Counted from the stretch's first letter, positions 7,901 through 16,890 are shown. The stretch: 32,000 nucleotides of DNA from Promethearchaeota archaeon (GCA_048938295.1 JBHLMI010000018.1:1-32000); one strand, 5' to 3'. Notes: generated from the sequence alone by a model not told the origin. Numbers and translations: made by a program.

Positions 7901-8377
7901 ATGGTAAAATCAAAGCAACCCGCATTATCTGATGAGTCTGCGCCCATCGAGCCACTCCTAGTTGATGCTCACAATGCTGTTGCTGGACGCTTAGCAACAG
8001 TGGTAGCAAAACAGCTACTTCAAGGCGAACATGTTATAGTAATTAATGCCGAAAAGGCATTGTTGTCAGGAAATCGGTCCAGTCTCATTCTGCAATATAA
8101 GGAAGAGCTTGGACGGCGAACCCGCAGCGCTCCTTGGAAGGGGCCATTACATCCCCATCAACCCGATCGGCTTCTTCGCAGAATGATCCGTGGGATGGTT
8201 CCCTGGAAAAAGGATCGGGGTCGCAAAGCCATGAAGCGGCTCCGCGTGTACACTGGAACTCCTGACGGATTGAAAGCTAAACGGCATCTTGACGTCTCAG
8301 AGTTTGAACGGACGGGGCGTCGTACGATGTACCTAGGTGAAATCGCCCAAGAACTTGGATGGAAGGGATCAGCATGA
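7901..8377 (+). CDS. rpl13: 50S ribosomal protein L13
   Basis: VDAHNAVAGRLA, VINAEKA, GPLHPHQPDRLLRRMIRGMVP and RLRVYTGTP; ATG 7901 after GGAGG. Confidence 0.95.
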   Translation: MVKSKQPALSDESAPIEPLLVDAHNAVAGRLATVVAKQLLQGEHVIVINAEKALLSGNRSSLILQYKEELGRRTRSAPWKGPLHPHQPDRLLRRMIRGMVPWKKDRGRKAMKRLRVYTGTPDGLKAKRHLDVSEFERTGRRTMYLGEIAQELGWKGSA

Positions 8378-8775
8378 AAATAACCGTAAGTGCAGGAAAA
8401 CGGAAAACAGCCACTGCGCGTGCTACAGTACGAGAAGGAACCGGACGAATCCTCATTAACAAGATTCCGTTAGAAAATTACGATCCACTTATTGCACGGC
8501 AGATTATCGAAGAGCCAGTCTTAATCGCTGGTTCTAACATTACCTCTAAGGTAGATATTCGTGTCAACGTTCGCGGAGGTGGAACAATGGGTCAGGCCCA
8601 AGCGTCCCGTATGGCAGTCGCGCGGGCACTGGTGGACTTCACGAAGAGTGCTGATCTTCGTAAGCAGTATGTTGAATATGACCGAACGCTCATGGCAGGT
8701 GATTCGCGTCGGAAGGAAAAGAAAAAGTTCGGGGGTCCTGGTGCCCGAGCAAAGAGGCAAAAGAGTTACCGGTAG
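8374..8775 (+). CDS. rps9: 30S ribosomal protein S9
   Basis: [22 protein letters not shown] and [17 protein letters not shown]. Confidence 0.97.
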   Translation: MKITVSAGKRKTATARATVREGTGRILINKIPLENYDPLIARQIIEEPVLIAGSNITSKVDIRVNVRGGGTMGQAQASRMAVARALVDFTKSADLRKQYVEYDRTLMAGDSRRKEKKKFGGPGARAKRQKSYR

Positions 8776-8789
8776 AGGAGACGAAATTC

Positions 8790-8990
8790 ATGATTATTCC
8801 AATTCGCTGTTTCACTTGTGGTCGGCTGGTTGCTGACAAATGGGAGGAGTATAGCCGACGCGTTCGGCAAGGAGAAGACCCTGCCGCCGTCTTGGATTCA
8901 ATGGGACTCAAACGTTACTGTTGTCGAAGAATGCTCCTAAGTCATGTAGACATCATCGATGCAGTCTTACAATTTGCGGAGCGAACATAA
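8790..8990 (+). CDS. rpoN: RNA polymerase subunit Rpo10/N
   Basis: [11 protein letters not shown]...[13 protein letters not shown]. Confidence 0.98.
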   Translation: MIIPIRCFTCGRLVADKWEEYSRRVRQGEDPAAVLDSMGLKRYCCRRMLLSHVDIIDAVLQFAERT

Positions 8991-8991
8991 C

Positions 8992-9606
8992 ATGACCGAA
9001 GATCTTCTCATTGCCCTAGATCAGTATCTTGCCGCCGGTATCCACATCGGTACACAAGTGAAAACCGTCACTATGGAACCGTATATCTACCGAGTACGTC
9101 AAGACGGGTTGTATGTTCTTGACATTCGGAAATTCGATGAACGGGTCCGTGTTGCGGCACGAACGCTAGCCCGTTACGATCCCTCTACTGTAGCCGTCGT
9201 GGGCGCCCGACAATATGCCCAAAAGCCCATTAACACCTTTTGCACGATTACCGGAGCCACACCCCTATCCGGTCGGTTCATTCCTGGCACCTTCACAAAC
9301 CCACATCTACCCCAATATACAGAACCATCGATTATCTTTATCACCGATCCAAGGGCAGATGCTCAGGCTGTCCGTGAGGGGGCAAAGGTTCGAGTCCCCA
9401 TTGTGGCGCTGGTCGATACCGACAACTCCCTGCAATACATCGACCTTGCAGTGCCGTGTAACAATAAGGGCCGCAAATCCCTCTCTCTCACCTACTGGCT
9501 CCTAGCTCGCCAAGTTCTCCGGGAACGCGGTCAATTGACACCTGACGCTGAATTTCCCTTCAAAGTTGAAGACTTTGAGGCAATCTTACGCCGAACCGAA
9601 GCATAA
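8992..9606 (+). CDS. rps2: 30S ribosomal protein S2
   Basis: YLAAGIHIGTQ, RFIPGTFTNP, TDPRADAQA and PCNNKGRKSL. Confidence 0.97.
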   Translation: MTEDLLIALDQYLAAGIHIGTQVKTVTMEPYIYRVRQDGLYVLDIRKFDERVRVAARTLARYDPSTVAVVGARQYAQKPINTFCTITGATPLSGRFIPGTFTNPHLPQYTEPSIIFITDPRADAQAVREGAKVRVPIVALVDTDNSLQYIDLAVPCNNKGRKSLSLTYWLLARQVLRERGQLTPDAEFPFKVEDFEAILRRTEA

Positions 9607-9686
9607 CAAGTAAAGGCATCTTTTCGTTGAGGCATGGAAAGGCTCTTAAGCGTTCAAATCCGAATCGACCCGTAACATCCCCATTC

Positions 9687-9709
9687 GAATGAGATATCTT
9701 ATCTCATTC
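9687..9709. promoter_or_regulatory. Perfect 10-bp inverted repeat upstream of the mevalonate block (candidate operator or leader hairpin)
   Basis: GAATGAGATA-TCT-TATCTCATTC lies between the promoter-like GAAAGGCTCTTAAG (9637-9650) and the mvk SD. Confidence 0.5.
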
Positions 9710-9743
9710 AATATCATCTTCACACCTCTGGAGGTCAATCATA

Positions 9744-10682
9744 TTGGCTAAAGGCGCAGGATACGGGAAAACCATTCTTTTTGGCGAACATTTCGTTGTT
9801 TATGGGCTCCCCGCTATTGCCGCCGCAATCGGATCTACAACAACTGCCTTTGTACGTAGGACACAAGAATCAGGATGGAGCCTTACGGACAATCGACCTG
9901 CTGTACCTGGATACAAAAAGAAAAAACAAGATGAGCAGACTGCTTCCATCGAAAACATCCTCCGCTTTGCCGATATTGACCTCAGTGAAACAGGCATCCA
10001 CATCACACTCGGTGGAAAACTGGTTTGTGCCAGTGGAATCGGAGCAAGTGCTGCAAGCTGTGTTGCAATTGCCCGTGCACTAAACGAAGAATTCAGGCTC
10101 GGCTGGGATGATAATAAGGTAAACGCATGCGCATATGAGGGTGAAAAGGGTTACCACGGAACTCCAAGTGGCATTGACAATACGGCTGCAACTTTTGGAG
10201 GCATAGTTTGGTTCAAACGAAATTTAGAGGGTGGGGAGCCGACCATTGAAACAATTAAGATGAAAGAACCCACAGAAATCGTGATTGCCAGCACCGGAAT
10301 CACTGCCAGTACCAAGGAGGTCGTTGCTGATGTGCGCCGCATGAAGGAAGAAAAGGGGAAGTGGTTCGACCAAATCATCGAAGACTATCTAGATATTGTA
10401 AACACGGCTCGCCAAGGCTTCGAAGACCACGATTTACAACTTATCGGTCTGCTGATGAATCAAAACCACAACCTTCTCATAGAGATTGGCGTATCATGCG
10501 TGGAACTTGAAGAGTTAGTCGGTGTGTCCCGTCAAGCTGGAGCATGGGGCGCAAAACTTACGGGAACTGGGCGCGGTGGGAATATGGTAGCTTTAACGCC
10601 AGGTCGAGACCTACAAGACAATATCTTTGGTGCTATTAAGCAACGTGGCTTTTCTGCCTGGCGATATTCTATTGGTGTATAA
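9744..10682 (+). CDS. mvk: Mevalonate kinase (TTG start)
   Basis: GHMP motifs GKTILFGEHFVVYG, SGIGASAA, HGTPSGIDN and GAKLTGTGRGG. Confidence 0.93.
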   Translation: MAKGAGYGKTILFGEHFVVYGLPAIAAAIGSTTTAFVRRTQESGWSLTDNRPAVPGYKKKKQDEQTASIENILRFADIDLSETGIHITLGGKLVCASGIGASAASCVAIARALNEEFRLGWDDNKVNACAYEGEKGYHGTPSGIDNTAATFGGIVWFKRNLEGGEPTIETIKMKEPTEIVIASTGITASTKEVVADVRRMKEEKGKWFDQIIEDYLDIVNTARQGFEDHDLQLIGLLMNQNHNLLIEIGVSCVELEELVGVSRQAGAWGAKLTGTGRGGNMVALTPGRDLQDNIFGAIKQRGFSAWRYSIGV

Positions 10683-10702
10683 GATTCTATGAGGTGAATT
10701 GA

Positions 10703-12010
10703 ATGAATTTACGAAGCCATTTGAAGAAACTGGACAAAGAGGGAACACTGTTAAAGATTACCGAACCCGTCTCAAAGCGCCTGGAGGCTGGTGGAATCCT
10801 CAAAGCTGTTGAACCGAGACCGGTTCTCTTTGAAAACGTCAAGGATTCAGATTACCGAATTATGGGTAACCTCTTTTGCAACAAAGAGAGTGTAGCCTCC
10901 TATCTGGGAATCAACACTAACGAACTGATTCCCACGTTAAGCAAAGCCATCGAGGATCGATCAGTTCCTGAAACAATCCACAATGCTCCCTGTCAAGAAG
11001 TTGTCGAAACTGATGTTGACCTTGACAAGATTCCAATTCTTTTACATAATGAAAGTGATGGTGGTCCATATATTTCGTCAGCTGTTGTTGTTGCAGGTCA
11101 CCCCAAGTATGGTCAAAATCTGGACTTCCATCGGGCTATGCAAATTAAAAAGGATATGATGAGTACCCGTGTAGTCGCGAAGCGAAACTTTCACGCCTTT
11201 CTCGAAGATCTCGGTGAAGTGAAAGTTGCTTACTGCATTGGAAATACGCCAAACATTCTCGTTGCCGCGGCAACTAGTGTAGATATTGGGATAAACGAGC
11301 TTGAAATCGCCAACGCGTTAGAACCTATCCGCGTTGTAAAAGCCAAGACATCGGATCTCCTTATCCCTGCTGACTGCGAGTGGGTAATTGAAGGTACCGT
11401 CTATCGTGACAAACGCCATGATGAAGGCCCTTTCATCGATTTAACTGAGACTTATGATGTGATTCGCAACGAACCGGTTTTCGAGGTCAGCTGCATCACC
11501 CACCGAAAAGACGCCATATGGCAGGCGCTTCTTCCAGGCGCGTTCGAACACAAACTCCTCATGGGCATGCCACGCGAACCCACTATCTTTCGCAAAGTCA
11601 CAGAGAAAGGCGTTCACTGCCTTGACGTGAACGTGAATCCCGGTGGTACGAGTTGGCTGCACGCCATTGTCAAAATCGACAAACAGCGAGAAGAGGATGG
11701 CAAACTAGCCATAGAAGGCGCTTTTGAAGGCCATAGGAGCTTGAAACACGTCTTCATAGTTGATAAAGATATTGACATATATGACCCCCTCGACGTGGAA
11801 TGGTCGATGGCTACTCGTTTTCAAGGCGACGTAGACATGATTGTAAAAGACAAAGAACGGGGAAGCAGCCTCGATCCCAGTTCGGAGCCAGGAACTTACT
11901 TGACAACAAAAATCGGTTTCGATCTCACTCATCCATTAAAAACCGAAGGAAAAAACTTTGATAAAGCCAGCTTCCCCCATGTCGACCTAAAACGATTCAT
12001 TCGGGAGTAA
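10703..12010 (+). CDS. UbiD-family decarboxylase, probably anhydromevalonate phosphate decarboxylase
   Basis: DGGPYISSA, EGPF, EH..LMGMPREP, VDKDID and KIGFDLT motifs; flanked by mvk and AcnX genes. Confidence 0.88.
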   Translation: MNLRSHLKKLDKEGTLLKITEPVSKRLEAGGILKAVEPRPVLFENVKDSDYRIMGNLFCNKESVASYLGINTNELIPTLSKAIEDRSVPETIHNAPCQEVVETDVDLDKIPILLHNESDGGPYISSAVVVAGHPKYGQNLDFHRAMQIKKDMMSTRVVAKRNFHAFLEDLGEVKVAYCIGNTPNILVAAATSVDIGINELEIANALEPIRVVKAKTSDLLIPADCEWVIEGTVYRDKRHDEGPFIDLTETYDVIRNEPVFEVSCITHRKDAIWQALLPGAFEHKLLMGMPREPTIFRKVTEKGVHCLDVNVNPGGTSWLHAIVKIDKQREEDGKLAIEGAFEGHRSLKHVFIVDKDIDIYDPLDVEWSMATRFQGDVDMIVKDKERGSSLDPSSEPGTYLTTKIGFDLTHPLKTEGKNFDKASFPHVDLKRFIRE

Positions 12011-12018
12011 CGCAGACC

Positions 12019-13209
12019 ATGAAGCTAACCCGCCTTCAGAAAGAAATGCTTGACGGAAAACACGGATACGCCGCCCAAAAGAGCATGGAAATTCTCAATG
12101 CGCTTGGCGATATATTTGATGCTGAAGAAATGGTCCCAGTCACCTCCGTGCAAATTGCTGGAGTCAGCTATGCCAATCTTGAGGAACCTGGATTAGACTG
12201 GCTGGCTCAGATGGCCAAGGACGGGCGTGTTCGGGTATTAACCACCCTCAATCCTGCTGGAATGGATCTGGAGAATTGGAAGATCTTAGGAATTGATCCC
12301 GAGTTCGCGAAGAATCAAGAACGGGTGGTCAACGCCTTTGCGAAGATGGGCATCATTACGACTTGTACTTGTACACCTTACCTGGTCGGAAACCTCCCCC
12401 ACTTCGGGGAACACATCGCCTGGGCTGAAAGCAGTGCAGTATGTTTTGCTAATTCAGTGATTGGCGCAAAAACCAACCGGGAAGGTGGACCTAGCGCCCT
12501 AGCAGCTGCTCTAACTGGGTACACCCCCAAATACGGCTACCATCTCGACCAAAACCGTCAAGCCCAAATCGGATTCACAGTAAAACCGTCGATTTCAGGT
12601 ACTGCTCAGTTTGGCACTCTAGGGAAAGTCATCGGCGATATCCTTGACTCGAAAACTGAGTGGACCATTCCCTACATCACTGGCATTCCCAGTGCAAATA
12701 CTGATGAGCTTAAATCATTCTGTGCATCCATTGCCACGTACGGGGGAACCGCCCTTTTCCATATGGAAGGATTAACCCCCAACAAGACCACGATCCCTAA
12801 AGAAACTATCACCATAACAAAAACGGACCTCGAAAAGGCTGAGGAAGACCTCAACGAAGAAAATGCCACCATTGATTTTGTGAGTATTGGCTGTCCTCAC
12901 GCTTCGCTACAGGAAATCCAGCACATAGCTGAACTCGTTAAGGGCAAGCAGGTGAAAAAAGAGACCTGGATTACGACCGCTCGACCCACCAAACAGGTCG
13001 CCGACCGCATGGGATACACCCAAACCATCGAAGCCGCAGGAATCAAATTTGCCTGTGATACTTGTTGTGTAGTTGCTCCAATCAAAGGGCGATTTACCGG
13101 ATTATGCACCGATTCAGCGAAAGGCTGCTATTATGGACGCGGGCGTAATAAATTCCAGACGAAACACTGTTCGTTGGAAGTATGCATCGAGGAGGCGTTG
13201 ATGCAATGA
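12019..13209 (+). CDS. Aconitase X large subunit, probably phosphomevalonate dehydratase large subunit
   Basis: GVSYANL, TCTCTPY, AESSAVCFANSVIGAKTNREGG, IGCPH and DTCCVVAP. Confidence 0.9.
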   Translation: MKLTRLQKEMLDGKHGYAAQKSMEILNALGDIFDAEEMVPVTSVQIAGVSYANLEEPGLDWLAQMAKDGRVRVLTTLNPAGMDLENWKILGIDPEFAKNQERVVNAFAKMGIITTCTCTPYLVGNLPHFGEHIAWAESSAVCFANSVIGAKTNREGGPSALAAALTGYTPKYGYHLDQNRQAQIGFTVKPSISGTAQFGTLGKVIGDILDSKTEWTIPYITGIPSANTDELKSFCASIATYGGTALFHMEGLTPNKTTIPKETITITKTDLEKAEEDLNEENATIDFVSIGCPHASLQEIQHIAELVKGKQVKKETWITTARPTKQVADRMGYTQTIEAAGIKFACDTCCVVAPIKGRFTGLCTDSAKGCYYGRGRNKFQTKHCSLEVCIEEALMQ

Positions 13210-13601
13210 CCAAGAAATTCGAGGGGCGTAAAATCTCTCCTGGCTCAGCTGACGGTGAAGCGTTAGTCACCAGTCAAGGACTTTCCTTCTATGGAGGGGT
13301 AGATCCTAAAACTGGGGTTGTTGTGGAAAAAAACCATGAGCTGGAAGGACAATCTGTCACTGGTAAAGTACTCGTCTTTCCCAGCGGAAAAGGATCAACT
13401 GTTGGATCCTATGTCCTCTACCAACTGGCTAAAACAGGTAAAGGACCAGTGGCAATAATCAACAAGCAAACTGAGACGATTGTCGCCGTTGGCTGTATCA
13501 TTAGCGAAATTCCAGCCGTTGATAAAATTCCAATTGACCAAATCAAAACGGGGCAGCAATTACGGGTTGACGCCACAAACGGTATTGTCGAACTCATCTA
13601 G
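13206..13601 (+). CDS. Aconitase X small subunit (DUF126), probably phosphomevalonate dehydratase small subunit
   Basis: LSFYGGVDPKTG and GKVLVFPSGKGSTVGSYVLY; ATGA overlap with the large subunit gene. Confidence 0.9.
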   Translation: MTKKFEGRKISPGSADGEALVTSQGLSFYGGVDPKTGVVVEKNHELEGQSVTGKVLVFPSGKGSTVGSYVLYQLAKTGKGPVAIINKQTETIVAVGCIISEIPAVDKIPIDQIKTGQQLRVDATNGIVELI

Positions 13602-13658
13602 CGAATAATCCCAATAGAAATCACAAACTGCTCCCACAGGTTCCGGGAGGAGCTGATA

Positions 13659-14807
13659 TTGGTAAAACCCCAATCAAAAACGAAATCAGAGGCAAAAGAC
13701 AACCTAACTGAAGACCGGAAACTGGACCATATTCGTATCTGTTTAGAGAGTGAAGTGGAATCCAGCATTCCCACAGGATTTGACGATATCACCTTAGTTC
13801 ATAATGCAGTTCCTGAATTGAATTTGGACGATGTGGACATTCGAACCACCTTCCTTGGACATAAACTGCAAGCTCCTTTGATGGTCACTGCCATGACTGG
13901 TGGGCATCAGGAAGCTCTAGCAATTAACAAGCACATTGCCCAGGCCGTTGAATCGCTAGGACTTGCTATGGGCGTCGGGAGTCAACGCGCTGCCGTTGAA
14001 GATGCCAGTCTAACCGATTCTTTTACGGTCACCCGCGAACATGCTCCGACAGCCTTCCTCGTTGGAAACATCGGAGCTCCGCAGCTGTCATTAGGTTGGG
14101 GTGTAGAAGAGGCGCAAACGGCGATTGACATGATTCACGCCAATGCGCTTGCTATCCACTTCAATGCCGCACAGGAAGCTGTTCAGCCAGAAGGTGAAGC
14201 GACCTTCGCTGGCGTGCTCTCATCCATTAAAAAGCTGACCACTAAGCTCTCTACGCCTCTCATTGCCAAAGAGACCGGAGCCGGCCTAAACCAAAGCTCA
14301 GCTAAAGCCTTGATGGCTGCTGGTGTCAAGGCGTTAGATGTTGCAGGACTTGGAGGAACCAGCTGGCCTAAAGTCGAGGCGAAACGCGCTAAACCAGAAG
14401 ATGCCATGAAGGCTACGTTAGGCCGTTGGTTTACCGATTGGGGAATACCTACAGCCGTAGCAACCTTTGAAGTTGCACATCATGTGAAGAAACGAATCCC
14501 CATTATCGCATCTGGAGGAATCCGGACGGGGATTGATATTGCCAAGGCTATAGCTATTGGAGCCGACCTTGCTGGTGTCGCTCTGCCAGTTCTCTCCTCT
14601 GCAATCATCGATGCACAAGCTGTTCAACTCTTTCTAGCAAGCCTGATTCATGGTCTTAAAGCCGCGATGTTTCTTGTTGGTGCTTCCAATCTCAAAGAAT
14701 TAGCCCAAGCCCCTTTGGTCATCACGGGTAGGACCCGAGAATGGCTTGAATTCCGCGTGTATGACGAACTTGTGGAATTTCAGGCTGACCGCCACATCCG
14801 CAAGTAA
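13659..14807 (+). CDS. fni: Type 2 isopentenyl-diphosphate isomerase (TTG start)
   Basis: RKLDHI, AMTGG, GVGSQR, QEAVQPEG, KETGAG, GGTSW and ASGGIRTG. Confidence 0.96.
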   Translation: MVKPQSKTKSEAKDNLTEDRKLDHIRICLESEVESSIPTGFDDITLVHNAVPELNLDDVDIRTTFLGHKLQAPLMVTAMTGGHQEALAINKHIAQAVESLGLAMGVGSQRAAVEDASLTDSFTVTREHAPTAFLVGNIGAPQLSLGWGVEEAQTAIDMIHANALAIHFNAAQEAVQPEGEATFAGVLSSIKKLTTKLSTPLIAKETGAGLNQSSAKALMAAGVKALDVAGLGGTSWPKVEAKRAKPEDAMKATLGRWFTDWGIPTAVATFEVAHHVKKRIPIIASGGIRTGIDIAKAIAIGADLAGVALPVLSSAIIDAQAVQLFLASLIHGLKAAMFLVGASNLKELAQAPLVITGRTREWLEFRVYDELVEFQADRHIRK

Positions 14808-14832
14808 AAATAAGCCAATCGGACTGTGAGAA

Positions 14833-14848
14833 GAAAAACCTTTAAATG
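14833..14848 (+). promoter_or_regulatory. BRE/TATA promoter of rpl7ae-rps28e-rpl24e
   Basis: GAAAAACCTTTAAATG is a canonical purine-rich BRE plus TATA box. Confidence 0.7.
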
Positions 14849-14880
14849 TCGAGTCGTTTGCTACAGTGTCGCCGCAGCCA

Positions 14881-14940
14881 CGGGTCTATTCATTACAGGC
14901 TGTCGACCTCGACAAGACCCGATGAATACACCATGAGGTG
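14881..14940 (+). promoter_or_regulatory. Structured rpl7ae 5' leader with kink-turn overlapping the SD
   Basis: CC-GAT-GA-AT-acacc-AT-GA-GG fits a k-turn (C-stem, 3-nt bulge, tandem G.A pairs) and uses the SD GAGG; a competing stem CGGGTCT/AGACCCG is also present. Confidence 0.65.
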
Positions 14941-14946
14941 TTCTTG

Positions 14947-15315
14947 TTGTCAAAAGCGCATGTTAAATTCACAGCACCAAAAGAACTGCAAGATATTGCA
15001 TATGAGATAATCGAGCTTGCCCGGGATACTGGCAAGGTCCGTAAGGGAACTAACGAAACCACTAAAGCCGTTGAACGAGCAATCGCGAAATTTGTCGTCA
15101 TTGCTGAAGATGTAGATCCCCCTGAAATCATCTTCCATCTTCCCGTTATGTGTGAAGAGAAGAACATTCCTTACATCTATGTTGCCAGCAAAAACAAAGT
15201 GGGCAGCTCCCTCGGCATCGATGTTCCTTCTGCCTCCGCCGCGGTCATTGAAGCAGGGGAAGCGCAGAAGCTCATCGCTGATCTTGCTAAAAAGTTGAAG
15301 GACCTACAAAAATAG
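14947..15315 (+). CDS. rpl7ae: 50S ribosomal protein L7Ae (TTG start)
   Basis: GKVRKGTNETTKAVER and IAEDVDPPEI motifs; MSKAHVKF N-terminus 6 nt after GAGGTG. Confidence 0.97.
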   Translation: MSKAHVKFTAPKELQDIAYEIIELARDTGKVRKGTNETTKAVERAIAKFVVIAEDVDPPEIIFHLPVMCEEKNIPYIYVASKNKVGSSLGIDVPSASAAVIEAGEAQKLIADLAKKLKDLQK

Positions 15316-15338
15316 GCATAACCAAGGGTGACAGATAA

Positions 15339-15554
15339 ATGAGTTCAGAAGACGTGGGCATTCCTGCTGAAGTCGTCCAGGTTGTGGGACGAACGGGTCT
15401 CACTGGAGAAATCATCCAGGTCCGGGTCCGCGTATTGGAAGGCCGTGATACAGGCCGCATTCTCACCCGAAATGTCAAAGGTCCAATCAGCGAAGGAGAT
15501 GTCTTGGTTCTACGTGAAACTGAACGCGAAGCACGGAAGATACGTACTCCATAG
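15339..15554 (+). CDS. rps28e: 30S ribosomal protein S28e
   Basis: [17 protein letters not shown] and [23 protein letters not shown]. Confidence 0.97.
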   Translation: MSSEDVGIPAEVVQVVGRTGLTGEIIQVRVRVLEGRDTGRILTRNVKGPISEGDVLVLRETEREARKIRTP

Positions 15555-15576
15555 AACTTGCAGCTTGGGATTATGA

Positions 15577-15993
15577 ATGGTCAAAAAATATACTTGTACT
15601 TTCTGTGGTACCGATATTGAGCCAGGCACAGGCTCCGTTTATGTGAAAAACGATGGGTCGCTCTTCTACCTTTGTTCGAGCAAATGTTGGCGGAATCAAA
15701 TTCTTCTCAAGCGACGGCCCAGACGTCTGAAATGGACCGAAGTGTATGAGGAGCGAACACGTCGTCGAGCACATGCTGCGAAGAAGAGTAGGGCAAAACC
15801 CACACCCAAAGCGAAGAAGGCTGAGGCAAAACCCAAGGTTACCCCCAAAGAAGAACCCTCAAAACCCAAAATAAAACAGAAAGGCAAGAAAAAAACTAAG
15901 AAAGAAACCAAGGCAACTGAAAAGAAAACAGCTGCGAAATCTGAAACAAAGAAACCAGCCAAGAAATCTAAATCTGAGTCTAAATCAAAGTAA
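15577..15993 (+). CDS. rpl24e: 50S ribosomal protein L24e with long Lys-rich tail
   Basis: CTFCGTDIEPGTG..YVKNDG...CSSKC...PRRLKWT. Confidence 0.95.
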   Translation: MVKKYTCTFCGTDIEPGTGSVYVKNDGSLFYLCSSKCWRNQILLKRRPRRLKWTEVYEERTRRRAHAAKKSRAKPTPKAKKAEAKPKVTPKEEPSKPKIKQKGKKKTKKETKATEKKTAAKSETKKPAKKSKSESKSK

Positions 15994-16050
15994 TATTCGC
16001 CTTCCTTCTCTTGCTCATTTTCCTTCATCCATTCTGCTGATGGTAGTATT

Positions 16051-16722
16051 TCAAGAGTCACTATCACGGTCTAGATCCATATTTCCCAAAATGGCGTTGG
16101 CCAGTCTATTCAGCTCTGATTCAGTCCAGTCTGGGCATTCCTCGATTAGCAGCTCAGTGATCTCAGATTGGTATGTTCCTCGATTCAGGTATTCGCGAGC
16201 ATAATCGTGGCAAATTTGACGAATTTGTTCCGTGGCTACTATTGGGGTTTCCAACCATTTGGCAATATATGCATTGATAGCTTCAAGTCCATCTTGGTTC
16301 AGGTCCAACTGGGCTTCCTTTTGCCAAAGGGCAATTTCCTTTTCTGCGTTGGCAGGTTCGTCGGAAGCATGGGCTACGTTCACCCCACCAACAATTCCAT
16401 ATTTTCCCCGAATACTGTCGGGGTTAGCTTTCTCAACAAAGGTCGCCCCCAGAACTTCTCGGAGTTGCGCAACAATATCTTCGCCTTCTAAGACGGTTAC
16501 CAGAACATTACCCACCTGGATGAATTGCAACAGCCAGGGATAGAAGAACTTGCCTTCGTGAATGGCGTAGTGTTTTTCTGCTAAATTAGATGGAACTGAC
16601 ATTTCTAGAAATCCTTTCAACTTGGCATCAGGCAGAGAATTGAGGATTTGTTCAAATACAGCTGCTCCTACACCTCTTCGCATAGTGGCATCAGGTTTCA
16701 GGATAAGTAAAGTTTGTTCCAA
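16051..16722 (-). CDS. ndk: Nucleoside diphosphate kinase with about 75-aa C-terminal extension (TTG start)
   Basis: EQTLLILKPDA, HYAIHEGKFFY, LGAT...SIRGKYG and catalytic HASD; GAGGTG 6 nt before TTG. Confidence 0.9.
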   Translation of the reverse strand: MEQTLLILKPDATMRRGVGAAVFEQILNSLPDAKLKGFLEMSVPSNLAEKHYAIHEGKFFYPWLLQFIQVGNVLVTVLEGEDIVAQLREVLGATFVEKANPDSIRGKYGIVGGVNVAHASDEPANAEKEIALWQKEAQLDLNQDGLEAINAYIAKWLETPIVATEQIRQICHDYAREYLNRGTYQSEITELLIEECPDWTESELNRLANAILGNMDLDRDSDS

Positions 16723-16817
16723 GGGGCACACCTCGAATGGCACAATTAGTTTTTCACACAAAAAGGCTTCTCTCGGTGAAGAAACTCTTCTTTCCCTGAT
16801 TTCCAGGGACATAAGCC

Positions 16818-16824
16818 TTAAATA
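16818..16824 (+). promoter_or_regulatory. Putative TATA box of infB
   Basis: TTAAATA in the divergent ndk/infB intergenic region. Confidence 0.45.
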
Positions 16825-16890
16825 GCGCAGACCTGTCGATGCAAACTAGAGCGCTGCCCTGGTAATAACGCGTTAGCGGAGGTGTTGTCG

